Source: a bacterium
Lineage (GTDB): Bacteria; UBA8248; JACPRG01; G963555815
Assembly (NCBI GenBank): GCA_965261595.1
Contig: CBDHDG010000007.1
Coordinates: 448,001-512,000, forward strand
Length of the DNA stretch: 64,000 nucleotides
Direction: 5' to 3'
The notes beneath the pieces are model-generated. The model made no database searches and was not told where the DNA came from. It saw nothing but the letters and a program-made list of their open reading frames with translations. Shown here piece by piece: positions 1 to 9,886 of this stretch. The stretch's first letter is position 1. Every line of letters begins with the position of its first letter. A program made the translations under genes and the position numbers.

Positions 1-303
1 GCGCCTTCCGGCATGGCGCGCCCCCCTTCGATGAGAAAGAATGCTATTTCTATCCTACACACGGCGCCGGAAGGCGTAAACCGCTATCGATGGGCGCCGC
101 CCGGATCGGACCGGGGGCGGTCCGGACGCCGGACGAAAACGATCGGGGTTCTTGACAGAAAACGCCGTCTCCAAGAAACTGGATGAAAGGGGATTCCGCA
201 TTCAGCCCTCCGGGTGGATGGACCGGCTGAAATCGCAATCTCCGCGATGCGGGCGTTTGCCCGTCCGTCTTATCAATGCCATCCAGAAACGGAGAAGCGG
301 GCC

Positions 304-2163
304 GTGTGGAGCGATTCGACCAAAGAGGAACGGACACCCCAAGACCATCGGTATCGGCAGTGCCGGGCTGACTTGAGCGCCGGAAGCTTCCGGGAAGAGA
401 TCAAGAGCTGCGAGGACCTCGAGGACATGCTGGGCGGCATCGGCCGGTCCTTCAAGCTGCTTCAGGATTACGACGTGGAGGACCCCTACGCCCCTGAGTC
501 CCCCCTCGTGATGAACCTGGGGCTTTTCACGGGGTCGGATGTCATGACGGGCCTGCGGGCGTTCTTCAGCGCCTACAGCCCTTTGAAGACCTCGAAATCG
601 GGCCTGCCCTCAGCCATGTGGAGCGCGGTCTCAGGCAAGTTCGGCACCAAGCTGGCCTGCGCCGGCGTGGACGAGGTCATCTTCACGGGCCGGTGTGAAA
701 AGTGGAGCTATCTCCTTATCGAGGGAGACCGGGACACCCGCACGTACACCCTGCACGACGCCTCCGAGCTTCTGGGGATGACCACCCACGAGAAGATCCT
801 GTGGTTCGCCGATCACTATGACGACGCGCACTTCGCCGTCCTCGGAGCCTCCGGAGAGAATTGGCGGGGGAACCGGTTCGCCGGGATCGCGTGCAGCACG
901 GTGAATCAGATCAAGTCGCGCCAAGCGAAGCCCCGTTTCGCGGGACGCGGGGGCATGGGAAACCTGATGGGGTCGAAGAACCTCCTCGCCATCGCGGCCA
1001 AGGCCCCCGATCCCAAGGGCCGGGTGTCCCCGGTCATCAAGATCGTCAACGTCGAGGTCTCCCGGGGGGACGGCTCGCGCAACTACCGGGACAAGCGCAA
1101 GCAAAACGGCGGGGGCGGCACCTGGCGGAACTATCCGCCTCTGCACAAGGCCGGCATCCTGCCCGAGAACAACTTCATGCCGAAAGGGACGGAAGACCCC
1201 GTCCCACAATTCCGCGACAGCTTCGAGGAGAACTACTACGTCAAGGACGAGTCCTGCTTCAAGTGCGGGATCGCGTGTCACAAAAACGTCTACGACGCCG
1301 TCGAGGAAAACGGCAAGCGGAAGCCCGGAAAGTTTCACGTCAAGCTCGATTACGAGCCCCTCAATCTCATGACGACCAACATCGGCATCTACGACCAGGC
1401 GCAGACGCTGGAGCTTGTGGAGTTGGCCGACGACACGGGGTTCGACTCCATCAGCCTGGGCGTCGTCCTGGGCTACGCCATGGAGTACAACGAGCGGCGC
1501 GACCGGGGCGAGCCGGGAGAGAAGATCCTGGGCGGCATCCGGTTCGGCGATTTCGAGGGGACCATGAACCTCATCCGCCGGTGCGCCGAGGGGCAGGAGC
1601 CGGACCTCGGCCAGGGCGTAATGCGGCTGTCCGAATCGCTCGGCGAGACCGGCTACGCCATGCACTGCAAGGGGGTCGAGCTCCCCGCCTACCTGCCCGA
1701 GACCAACCCCGGCTACCCCTTCGCCCTCGCCGGCGGCCACATGTCCATGCGGACGTTTCTCTTCCTGGTCTTCGAGGAGGAAACCTCCCTGGACTACTGG
1801 GAGGACGCCATCCTGAACCGGGGGATTCACTACACCCGCGACGACCTGATCGGCACCTGCAAGTTCGCCGGAACGCCCGACTCGTTCTTCCTGGACGCCA
1901 TCCGGGACATCACGGGCGTGCCCACAACCGAGACCGAGATCAAGGACGCGGTCATGCGGACGTACCTGCGCGGACTGCTCCTGGAGAGGAAGCAGGGCTT
2001 CACGGACGAGGATTACGTCCTGCCCGCCCGGGTGTACGAGCGCCAGGAGCACATCAAGGTCCCGCAATTCATCACGCCGGAGTTCTGGACCGAGCTGCGC
2101 GCGCGTGTCTTGAAGGGGCTTGATAAACGGTTGGAAGAGTATGGGATGGTGACGTCGGTGTAA
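304..2163 (+). CDS. Aldehyde ferredoxin oxidoreductase family (tungstopterin, 4Fe-4S)
   Basis: GRGGMGNLMGSKNLLAI, CFKCGIACHK, DYEP and HCKGVELPAY motifs of the AOR family. ORF track starts at 214; GTG at 304 after GGAGA preferred. Confidence 0.9.
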   Translation: MWSDSTKEERTPQDHRYRQCRADLSAGSFREEIKSCEDLEDMLGGIGRSFKLLQDYDVEDPYAPESPLVMNLGLFTGSDVMTGLRAFFSAYSPLKTSKSGLPSAMWSAVSGKFGTKLACAGVDEVIFTGRCEKWSYLLIEGDRDTRTYTLHDASELLGMTTHEKILWFADHYDDAHFAVLGASGENWRGNRFAGIACSTVNQIKSRQAKPRFAGRGGMGNLMGSKNLLAIAAKAPDPKGRVSPVIKIVNVEVSRGDGSRNYRDKRKQNGGGGTWRNYPPLHKAGILPENNFMPKGTEDPVPQFRDSFEENYYVKDESCFKCGIACHKNVYDAVEENGKRKPGKFHVKLDYEPLNLMTTNIGIYDQAQTLELVELADDTGFDSISLGVVLGYAMEYNERRDRGEPGEKILGGIRFGDFEGTMNLIRRCAEGQEPDLGQGVMRLSESLGETGYAMHCKGVELPAYLPETNPGYPFALAGGHMSMRTFLFLVFEEETSLDYWEDAILNRGIHYTRDDLIGTCKFAGTPDSFFLDAIRDITGVPTTETEIKDAVMRTYLRGLLLERKQGFTDEDYVLPARVYERQEHIKVPQFITPEFWTELRARVLKGLDKRLEEYGMVTSV

Positions 2164-2348
2164 GGCGGAACCCGCGCGGGGGCGCTTCCTTCGGCATCAC
2201 TCAGGACAAGCCTTGCCCCCCCCCCCGAAAAACTGTCATTTGGTGAAAGAGGGCGGCGCCGGAAGGCGCCGCCCTCTTTCGCAAGAAACTGATGCGGAGC
2301 CTTGCGCCCGTCGGGCGATAAGAAGAATCGGTTTGTGAGACTCCCGTC

Positions 2349-2640
2349 CTACACCTTCCGCAACGGTCTTTCGCGGCGGCCGGGGATCAACAGCCGGAAG
2401 GCGGTCAGGGCCCCCAGACCCACCAGATGGAACAAGCGAAGCGTGCAGAACCAGATCCGCCGGCCCTTGCGGTAAGAAGGATAGATCTGCTTCCTCACGT
2501 TGTCCCGCGGGAAACTGGCTTCCCACAGAAAAGCGACACGGTCGGGAAACCTGGCGATGGTCGGGAGGAGGAGCAGATTGGCGAGCGGTCCAATGTCGAG
2601 TTGGCGCGCGAGGCGGACGAGAATCAAATTTTCGAGACGG
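2349..2640 (-). pseudogene. C-terminal fragment resembling NTP_transf_5-type nucleotidyltransferase
   Basis: LLLLPTIARFPDRVAFLWEASFPRDNVRKQIYP..RRIWFCTLRLFHL resembles the C-terminus of that family from memory; no 5' part present. Confidence 0.35.
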
Positions 2641-2649
2641 CGGCGCGGC

Positions 2650-2802
2650 GCGGCGGCGCGGTATGTCCTCCAGCGCATGAACGGCCGCCGCTCCCTGGAA
2701 CAAATCGGCCGGGAGCTTTGTCTAAAATATCCGGAAGTCTGCGACGACCCGAAGACGGCGTTCCGGAAGGTTCTGGACCTCACGGGAGACCTGTTGGAGT
2801 AA
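2650..2802 (+). pseudogene. C-terminal PqqD/RRE-like winged-helix fragment
   Basis: YVLQRMNGRRSLEQIGRELCLKYP fits the PqqD-like 'DG.rsl.eI...L...y' pattern; no credible start. Confidence 0.4.
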
Positions 2803-2901
2803 AATAACATTACGCGGGAACCCGGGAGAACGGCATCCGAGGAACGTTTGTCTGATCGCCTGAAAGGTTCATTCCACATTTCGGAAGGATCAAATCTTTC
2901 C

Positions 2902-3894
2902 ATGCCTCCGGCCCTTTCAAACCGTTCGAGCGCCGGGACCCGCGCCCGGAAGGTCCTTTGCGCCATCGTTGTGTTCCTATCCATTCCGTCTATCGGCGGG
3001 CCGCCGTCCGGCGGGCGCGCCGGAGAGGCGTCGGCCCAATCGCTGTCCGACGAGATCCTGAATATGGTCATACGCGCCCAGAAATTTTTTCTGGGCGAGC
3101 GCCCGTGCGGCGTCCGACTCGGCGTGAGAGGGGAGGCCTGGCAAGGGCTGGCCGGGGGGATCGAAAGCCGGGTCCTCCACGTTACGCCGGTCGAAGGGGA
3201 AGCCGCTTTCGATCTGCTCCTTATTCGCGTCGACCCGAAGGAGATCGCCATCCGGGGGTTGTTGTCCGAGACCTTCGGACAAAAGGCGTCGACCGCGGCG
3301 GATTTTGCCAAGCAATCGGGCGCCCTCGTGGTCACCAACGCCGGGTACTACGACAAGGCGCTGCGGCCTTTGGGCTTATTGATCGTCGATGGGAAGCGAA
3401 GAAGGTCCTTTGTCAGTCTCCGGGGCCGGCCGAGCGACGCCCTGTATAACGGGGTGTTCCTGGTGAAGGGGGGGAGACCCGCCATCCGGCGCAACAAGGA
3501 TTACCGGCCCGGAGGCGAGGAGTTGGCGGTCCAGGCGGGACCGCTTCTTATCGCGGAGGGAAAGCCCGCCGCCTCCCTGCGGGGCCTTCGGGATTCGAAG
3601 CGGCTGGACGGCCGGCTGATCCTGTCGCTGGACGGCCGGGGACGCGTTGTGATTTGGGTGACGGCCTCGCCGCTGGGCGGGATGAACTGGTGTGAGCTGC
3701 GCGACGTGATGCTTCAATACGCCGGCCTGGAAGGCGGAGCGAAAAGCGGAAAAGCGGAAATACGCTGGGCGTTGAATCTGGACGGAGGCGCCTCCGCCCA
3801 GCTCTATGTCCGAAAGAACGGCCTCAAGAGAAATCCGCCCCGGGTCAACGGCAACCCCGTGCCCGTCGCTCTCGGGTTCTTCTCCCGCAAGTGA
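2902..3894 (+). CDS. Phosphodiester glycosidase (NAGPA-like) family exported protein
   Basis: N-terminal hydrophobic segment, TNAGYY, QAGPLLI and ALNLDGGASAQL motifs. Confidence 0.85.
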   Translation: MPPALSNRSSAGTRARKVLCAIVVFLSIPSIGGPPSGGRAGEASAQSLSDEILNMVIRAQKFFLGERPCGVRLGVRGEAWQGLAGGIESRVLHVTPVEGEAAFDLLLIRVDPKEIAIRGLLSETFGQKASTAADFAKQSGALVVTNAGYYDKALRPLGLLIVDGKRRRSFVSLRGRPSDALYNGVFLVKGGRPAIRRNKDYRPGGEELAVQAGPLLIAEGKPAASLRGLRDSKRLDGRLILSLDGRGRVVIWVTASPLGGMNWCELRDVMLQYAGLEGGAKSGKAEIRWALNLDGGASAQLYVRKNGLKRNPPRVNGNPVPVALGFFSRK

Positions 3895-3933
3895 ACCGTG
3901 AATGCGCGCGGGGGGGGAGGGGAGGATGAACCC

Positions 3934-4725
3934 CTATCGGCCTTGGAACCGGGGTTTCCGGCGGGTCTTCCGGGCGCGCGCGGCCTCCTGGGCGTCCCGG
4001 CTGGCGTAGAGGGGGCCTGCCGCCAGGGCCTCCAGCTCGATTCCGGCCTCGACGTCCATGGCGTAGGCGCGGGTGATGACGCGCTTGGCCAGGCCGATCC
4101 CCAGCGGCCCCCCCTGGAGGAGCTCTTCGGCGAACCGTCTCGCGGCCCGGCCGAGGTCCTTCGCGGGGACGACGCGGTTGACCAGGCCGATGCGGTGGGC
4201 CTCCTCCGCCGGGATCAGGTTCCCTGTGAGGATCATTTCCTTAGCCCGGCCGATGCCCACGTTGCGGGCCAGCCGGACGCATCCGCCCCCGTCGGGCATG
4301 ACGCCCACGCGCGTTTCGACCAGGCCCATCCGGACGCCCCCGGCCGCGATCCGGACGTCGCAGGCCAGGGCGATCTCAAGCCCGGCGCCGACCGCGACGC
4401 CGTTGAGGGCCGCCACCATCGGCTTCTCGATCTGCTCGAAGGCGTTGAACGTCGTGTTGATCCTCCGGAGGGCGCGCCGCATCCCGGCGGCGGTCTCCTT
4501 TTGGAACGTCTTCAGGCAGGACAGATCCAATCCCGAGCAGAACGCCCGGCCGGCCCCGGTGACGATGACCGCGCGGACGGTCTTCCGCGTGGCCGCCCGC
4601 TCCAGGGCCGCGTCGATCTCCTCCAGGGATTCCATCAGGAGGGCGTTGAGCCGGTCGGGGCGGTTCAGGGTGAGCGTCAACAGCCCTTTGCTCTCTCTGA
4701 GGGTGATGGATTTGAAATCCGCCAT
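3934..4725 (-). CDS. Enoyl-CoA hydratase/isomerase family protein
   Basis: LNRPDRLNAL, AFCSGLDL, GAGLEIALACDVR, ETRVGVMPDGGG crotonase motifs. Confidence 0.93.
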   Translation of the reverse strand: MADFKSITLRESKGLLTLTLNRPDRLNALLMESLEEIDAALERAATRKTVRAVIVTGAGRAFCSGLDLSCLKTFQKETAAGMRRALRRINTTFNAFEQIEKPMVAALNGVAVGAGLEIALACDVRIAAGGVRMGLVETRVGVMPDGGGCVRLARNVGIGRAKEMILTGNLIPAEEAHRIGLVNRVVPAKDLGRAARRFAEELLQGGPLGIGLAKRVITRAYAMDVEAGIELEALAAGPLYASRDAQEAARARKTRRKPRFQGR

Positions 4726-4823
4726 GCGGTCTCCTTACCGGACGTATTGCCGGCGGTGATCAATCACCCGCCGGGCTTTGAGCGTTGTGCGCTCCAGCGG
4801 CCCGGGCGGAAGGAAAATCCACG

Positions 4824-5240
4824 TCAACCCGTGGGTTTCCGGGCGGCCTTCTCGGCCATTTTTTCGTTGACCTTGGCGGCGTCGACGATGAAGCGCTCGT
4901 GAACGCCCTCGCCGACCTTGTCCAGCTCGTCGCTCACTTCGATCCGGAAGACCAGCCGCCGCCGGTCGATCTCCACCAGCTCGGCCCGCGCCGTGGCGGT
5001 GAAGCCGACGGGGGTGGCGGCCAGGTGGGTGATCTCGACCTTGGTTCCCACGGTGATCCGGCCTTCCGGCAAGTGGGGGTCCACGGCGTCGCTGGCGGCC
5101 TTTTCCACGAGGTGGACCATGTCCGGCGTGGCGAAGACGGCGATCCCCTCGAGTCCCCACCGGCGCGTGCTGGTCTCCTCCGTGACGGGCCATTCGGCTT
5201 CGGCGGCGAGGCCGACTTTCAAATCCGGATAATCGCTCAA
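4824..5240 (-). CDS. Fluoroacetyl-CoA thioesterase (FlK)-like hotdog thioesterase
   Basis: VFATPDMVHLVEKAA, TVGTKVEITHLAATPVG, GEGVHERFIV; TTG start after AGGGAG. Confidence 0.88.
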   Translation of the reverse strand: MSDYPDLKVGLAAEAEWPVTEETSTRRWGLEGIAVFATPDMVHLVEKAASDAVDPHLPEGRITVGTKVEITHLAATPVGFTATARAELVEIDRRRLVFRIEVSDELDKVGEGVHERFIVDAAKVNEKMAEKAARKPTG

Positions 5241-5479
5241 CTCACATGCTCCCTGAATGCAAAGTCCTTCGTATACAGGATGCAAAGACCATATCATATT
5301 GTCCGCGCGCGGGCGGGGGGAATGGTAAGGTGGACAGCAAGCATGTAGAAGGGTCGTCGGAAGGTTGACCGGGGGGGGCCGGTGATTGCGATTCCCCCGC
5401 CGCTTTTTCCGGCGCAATCGGCATCAATTGCTGTGAAGACGGTCGATATCCGGCCGGTCAAAATAAAAGGAAGCGGAAA

Positions 5480-6148
5480 ATGACGATCGGGCTCGACCCG
5501 GGGCGGACGGCGGTTCTCGTGATCGATATGCAGAACGGCTTTTGCCATCCCGAAGGCGGTTTGGCGAAGGCGGGCCAGGACAACGCGCCCCAGGTGGCCG
5601 TAATCCCGGCGGTGAAGGGGCTTATCCGTCTCGCCCGGGGCGCGGGAATCCGGGTGGCCTGGTCGAAGCAGGTCCACTTTCCGGAAAACCGCGCCCGCGA
5701 AGGCCGCGCGGCGGCCTCCCACCTCAAGAAGAAGCCCAAGGGAGGGAGCCCCATCTGCGCCAGGGGATCGCGGGACGTCGAGTTCGTGGATGACCTGGCG
5801 GCTGAAGTGGCGCCGGACGACGAGGTCATCGTGAAGCACAAGATGTCGTGCTTCTACAACACCCGGCTGGACGAAGTCCTCCGGATGTGGGGCGTGACCG
5901 GTCTGATTTTGTGCGGGGTGTCCACTTACGTCTGCGTGGAATCCACGGTCCGGGACGCCTACTTCCGCGACTACGATATCGTCGTCGTCGAAGACTGCGT
6001 GGCGGGCTCCATCGAGCGCCTTCACCTCGATACGTTGGAAAAGATCCGGATGTACTTTGGAGAGGTCGTGACGCTGAAAGCGCTGGACGGTGTGTTGACG
6101 GCGGGTTCCGCCGCGCACGCCGCCCTCCCCCTCCGAGGATCGGAGTGA
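5480..6148 (+). CDS. Isochorismatase-family cysteine hydrolase (RutB/maleamate amidohydrolase-like)
   Basis: VIDMQNGF, K in VKHKMSCF, GVSTYVCVESTVRDA: Asp-Lys-Cys triad. Confidence 0.92.
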   Translation: MTIGLDPGRTAVLVIDMQNGFCHPEGGLAKAGQDNAPQVAVIPAVKGLIRLARGAGIRVAWSKQVHFPENRAREGRAAASHLKKKPKGGSPICARGSRDVEFVDDLAAEVAPDDEVIVKHKMSCFYNTRLDEVLRMWGVTGLILCGVSTYVCVESTVRDAYFRDYDIVVVEDCVAGSIERLHLDTLEKIRMYFGEVVTLKALDGVLTAGSAAHAALPLRGSE

Positions 6149-6170
6149 CCCAGAGAGGAGGCTTCCCTTC

Positions 6171-9014
6171 ATGTGTCCCCCCCCCCTTGCATCGGTGAAC
6201 CTTCGGATCAACGGAGAAGATCGGTCCGCGCGGGTCGATTCCGGTTTGCCCCTCGTCCGGTATCTCCGGGACGAGCTGCGCCTGACCGGGACCAAGGTGG
6301 GGTGCACGCCGGGGGACGGGGATTGCGGCGCGTGCATGGTCCTCGTCGACGGGAAGCCCGAGCTCGCCTGCCTGGTCGGGATGGGCGGCCTGGAGGGCCG
6401 GTCCGTCGAGACGATCGAGGGGGAGTCGCCCGGCGCGCCTCTGGATGGGGTCCAGGAGGCGTTTGTCAGGAGCGGGGCGATCCAGTGCGGTTTCTGCATC
6501 CCCGCCTACGTCCTCGCCGCGCGGGCGCTGCTGAAAGACAATCCGGATCCCTCGGTCGATGAGGTCAAGGAGGGCCTGGACGGCATCCTCTGCCGATGCA
6601 CGGGATACAGGAAGGTGATCGAAGCGGTTCAGGCCGCGGCCCATTTCAACGCCGCGGGGAGCTGGCCCGGCGGGTTCGGGAAGTCCGCTCTCGCGGAGTC
6701 CGAACACGCGGTCCGCAAATCCGTCATCAAGGTGGACGCCGCCGACAAGGTGACCGGCCGGGCCGTCTTCGCCGACGATGTGTACATGGAGAACATGCTC
6801 CACGGCAAGCTCCTGTACAGCGAGCGGCCCTCGGCCCGGTTCACCCTGGACATCGCCGAGGCGGAGAAGTCGCCCGGCGTCGCCGCCGTCCTCACGGTGA
6901 AGGACATCCCCGGCGGCACGAACCTGATGGGCGTGCGCGTCAAGGACAAGCCGGTCTTCGCGGAGGAAAAGGTCCGAAGCGTCGCCGACGTCCTGGCCGC
7001 CGTCTACGCCGAGACCCCGGAGCAGGCGGAAGAAGCGGTCCGGAAGATTCGGGTGGAGTATGAGGACCTGCCCGGGATCTTCAGTCCCGAGGACGCGGCG
7101 GCCCCGGACGCCCCGCTGATCCACGAGGACCACCCGACGGGGAACGTCCTCCACGAAGTGACGCTCGATCGGGGAGACGTGGACACGGCCTTCGCCGAGG
7201 CCCATTTGGTCGTCGAGGGCGAGTACTCGTGCTCCCGGATCGATCACGGCTTTCTGGAGCCGGAAGCGGGCGTGGCCTACATGGACGAGCGCGGCGTCCT
7301 GACGCTGCTGATAGCCTCCCAGTGCCTCTTCATGGACCGGGACGACCTCTGCGGGGCCATTGGGCTGCCCAAGGAGAAGATGCGGGAGATCGTCGTCGCG
7401 ATCGGCGGGGCCTTCGGCGGGAAGGAAGACCTCTCGCTTCATCCCTATCTGGCCCTGGGCGCGCTGCGAACCGGGCGGCCCGTGAAGATCACGGCCACGC
7501 GCGCCGAGTCCCTCCTGATCCACCACCGGAAGCACCCGATGCGCTTGCGCTTCCAGACGGCCGTGGACAAAGAGGGCCGGCTCACCGCCGTCCGGACCGA
7601 TATCCTGGCCGACGGCGGGCCTTACGCCTACACCGGTCCCTGGGTCATCGGCAACGCCACGATGTTCTCGGCCGGCCCCTACGCCGTGCCGAACCTTCAC
7701 CTCCACGGTCGGCGGATGTACACCAACAACATCCCCTGCGGGTCCTTCCGGGGGTTCGGGATCAACCAGGTGAGCTTCGCGATGGAGAACCAGATGGACA
7801 TCATCGCCCGGCGTCTGGGAATGGACCCCTTCGAGCTGCGGCTGAAAAACGTCCTGGAACGGGGGGCGACGATGCCCACCGGCGTGGACCTGAACTGCAC
7901 GGTTGGGATCCGGGAGTGCCTGGAGCGGCTGCGGGACGCGGTCCAAGCCGAGGCGCCGTTCCCCCCGCGAAACGGGGGGAAGGTCGGCGTCGGCGTCGCG
8001 GCGGCCTACAAGAACATCGGCGTCGGCCAGGGGCGGCCGGACCGGTCGGGGGCCATCGTGGAGTTGCTCGAGGACGGGACGGTCCGGGTGCGGACCGGCG
8101 CCGCCGATATCGGCGGCGGGCAGAGCACGGTTATCGCCCAAATCGCCGCCGAGACGCTTGGCATCCCCTACGAGGCGGTGACGCTGATGACGCCTGACAC
8201 CGAGCTCACGCTGGATTGCGGCCGGACCGCAGGCTCCCGGCAGACGTACACGACGGGCAACGCTGTCTTCGGCGCTTCCCGTGAGTTCCGTGACAGGCTG
8301 TTCGACTTTGTGAGCGGCCGGTGGGAGATTGCGCGGGAGGACATCGTCTGGAAGGATGGAAAGGCCTTCCAGTCGCAGGGCGGGAGGGCGATCGCCGCGA
8401 ACGAGGAGGTCGTCGCCCGCGCGAAGACGGAAGGCGAGGACCTGACGACGGAATTCCAGTACCTCTGCCCGGAGACCTTCCCCCCGGTGCTGGACCCGGA
8501 GGCCGAGCTGGGGATCGCGAAGAAGGATTACCGCAACTATCACAGTTTCACGTTCGTCGCGTCCGTGGCGGTCGTCGAGGTGCACGAGAAGACCGGCGAG
8601 GTGGACGTGTTGAAGGTGTTCTCGGCGACCGATTGCGGCACGGCCATCTATCCCCTGGGGGTCGAAGGCCAAGTGGAGGGGAGCGTGCTCCAGGCCCTGG
8701 GTTACGCCTTGTCCGAGGAGTACGTGGTCGAGGACGGCATCCCGAAGACGTGGACCCTGACGGACCTCGGCATCCCGGGGATCAAGAAGGCGCCGGAGAT
8801 TGTCCCGTTCATTATCGAGGACCCGGAGCCCGGGGGACCCTACGGGGCGAAAGGCATCGCCGAGGCATCCCTCCTGCCGGGCGCGCCGGCGATCATCAAC
8901 GCTGTCTACGACGCCGTCGGCGTCCGCTGCACCGACCTCCCCCTCAAGCCGGAGAAGCTTCGCGAGCTTTTGAAGGGGAAAGCGGAGGAGGCCGCGCGGG
9001 TCGGGTCCGTTTGA
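6171..9014 (+). CDS. Xanthine dehydrogenase/aldehyde oxidoreductase family molybdoenzyme with fused 2Fe-2S and Mo domains
   Basis: GTKVGC..GDCGAC, QCGFC, CRCTGY; GGAFGGKED, FRGFG, GAKGIAE. Confidence 0.93.
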   Translation: MCPPPLASVNLRINGEDRSARVDSGLPLVRYLRDELRLTGTKVGCTPGDGDCGACMVLVDGKPELACLVGMGGLEGRSVETIEGESPGAPLDGVQEAFVRSGAIQCGFCIPAYVLAARALLKDNPDPSVDEVKEGLDGILCRCTGYRKVIEAVQAAAHFNAAGSWPGGFGKSALAESEHAVRKSVIKVDAADKVTGRAVFADDVYMENMLHGKLLYSERPSARFTLDIAEAEKSPGVAAVLTVKDIPGGTNLMGVRVKDKPVFAEEKVRSVADVLAAVYAETPEQAEEAVRKIRVEYEDLPGIFSPEDAAAPDAPLIHEDHPTGNVLHEVTLDRGDVDTAFAEAHLVVEGEYSCSRIDHGFLEPEAGVAYMDERGVLTLLIASQCLFMDRDDLCGAIGLPKEKMREIVVAIGGAFGGKEDLSLHPYLALGALRTGRPVKITATRAESLLIHHRKHPMRLRFQTAVDKEGRLTAVRTDILADGGPYAYTGPWVIGNATMFSAGPYAVPNLHLHGRRMYTNNIPCGSFRGFGINQVSFAMENQMDIIARRLGMDPFELRLKNVLERGATMPTGVDLNCTVGIRECLERLRDAVQAEAPFPPRNGGKVGVGVAAAYKNIGVGQGRPDRSGAIVELLEDGTVRVRTGAADIGGGQSTVIAQIAAETLGIPYEAVTLMTPDTELTLDCGRTAGSRQTYTTGNAVFGASREFRDRLFDFVSGRWEIAREDIVWKDGKAFQSQGGRAIAANEEVVARAKTEGEDLTTEFQYLCPETFPPVLDPEAELGIAKKDYRNYHSFTFVASVAVVEVHEKTGEVDVLKVFSATDCGTAIYPLGVEGQVEGSVLQALGYALSEEYVVEDGIPKTWTLTDLGIPGIKKAPEIVPFIIEDPEPGGPYGAKGIAEASLLPGAPAIINAVYDAVGVRCTDLPLKPEKLRELLKGKAEEAARVGSV

Positions 9015-9089
9015 GGGGACGGGGGGGAGGCGTCGACCATGCCTTTCCCCGGAAGCGTCCATTCACAATCAGTGACGGGAGACGGCAAG

Positions 9090-9563
9090 ATGAGCGATCA
9101 CGAGAAATTCATGGCCATGGCCATCGAAGAGGCGCGGCTCGGTCTTCAGTCGGGGGAGGACCCTTTTGGCGCGGTGATTGTTCGCGAGGGTGAAGTGATC
9201 AGCACCGGGCGAAGCATCAAAATCTACACGGGCGATGTGACGGACCACGCCGAAGTCGGCGCCATCGGAAAGGCCACCCGGGCTTTGAGAAATCTCAATC
9301 TAGCGGGGTGCACGCTGTATTCGTCCTGTGAGCCCTGTCCGATGTGTTGCGGGGCCATCATCAACACGAACATGGCCACCCTGGTCATCGGCGTGCGTCT
9401 CGGCGACCTGAAAGAGCTGTTCGGCGAACCCGTGGACCTTCACGAATACACGGCCGAGCGTCTCGTGGAGCTCACCGGAGCGAGCACCCGGGTCATCGAC
9501 GGGGTCCTCGAACAGGAGGCCAAAGACCTGTTCAAGGGGGTGAACCTTCGATACCGGAAGTAA
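9090..9563 (+). CDS. Zinc-dependent nucleoside/nucleobase deaminase (TadA/guanine deaminase-like)
   Basis: PFGAVIV, HAE, SCEPCPMC. Confidence 0.92.
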   Translation: MSDHEKFMAMAIEEARLGLQSGEDPFGAVIVREGEVISTGRSIKIYTGDVTDHAEVGAIGKATRALRNLNLAGCTLYSSCEPCPMCCGAIINTNMATLVIGVRLGDLKELFGEPVDLHEYTAERLVELTGASTRVIDGVLEQEAKDLFKGVNLRYRK

Positions 9564-9626
9564 AGCGGAACGGCCCTGGTCCGGGTTCAGGAGAGGAGCG
9601 GCCTTTGAATTGTTCGCTAACACATC

Positions 9627-9727
9627 GGGGCGGGCACGGACAGCCCCCCGGCTGAAGCCCCGCCCCTACACCGGTTTTGGTGGTAGGGGCTTTGAAATGT
9701 AGGGGCGGGGCTCCGTGCCCGCCCCCC
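9627..9727. repeat. Inverted pair of GTAG-type REP palindromes
   Basis: GTAGGGGCGGGGCTCCGTGCCCGCCC plus an upstream inverted copy; a related pair lies at 36699-36785. Confidence 0.7.
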
Positions 9728-9886
9728 TCAAGGACAGGGTGTTCCACTCGCTTCTCTCGGCCAATCGGTTAATTTTCAAAGAGTTTCTCGCATGAAAACC
9801 GCTTGCCCGTTCTTTCTTGTGAGAAATTCAGGCTAGGTGGCCGACACCTTGACACATTCAAACGCCCGCGCGATTTATTCTTCATT

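Noticed and set aside
5826..9062. 1078-aa minus-strand ORF and similar long antisense ORFs (631-2067, 28170-30026, 33300-35174, 38436-41618)
   Set aside because: Shadow frames of high-GC genes with clear family motifs on the opposite strand
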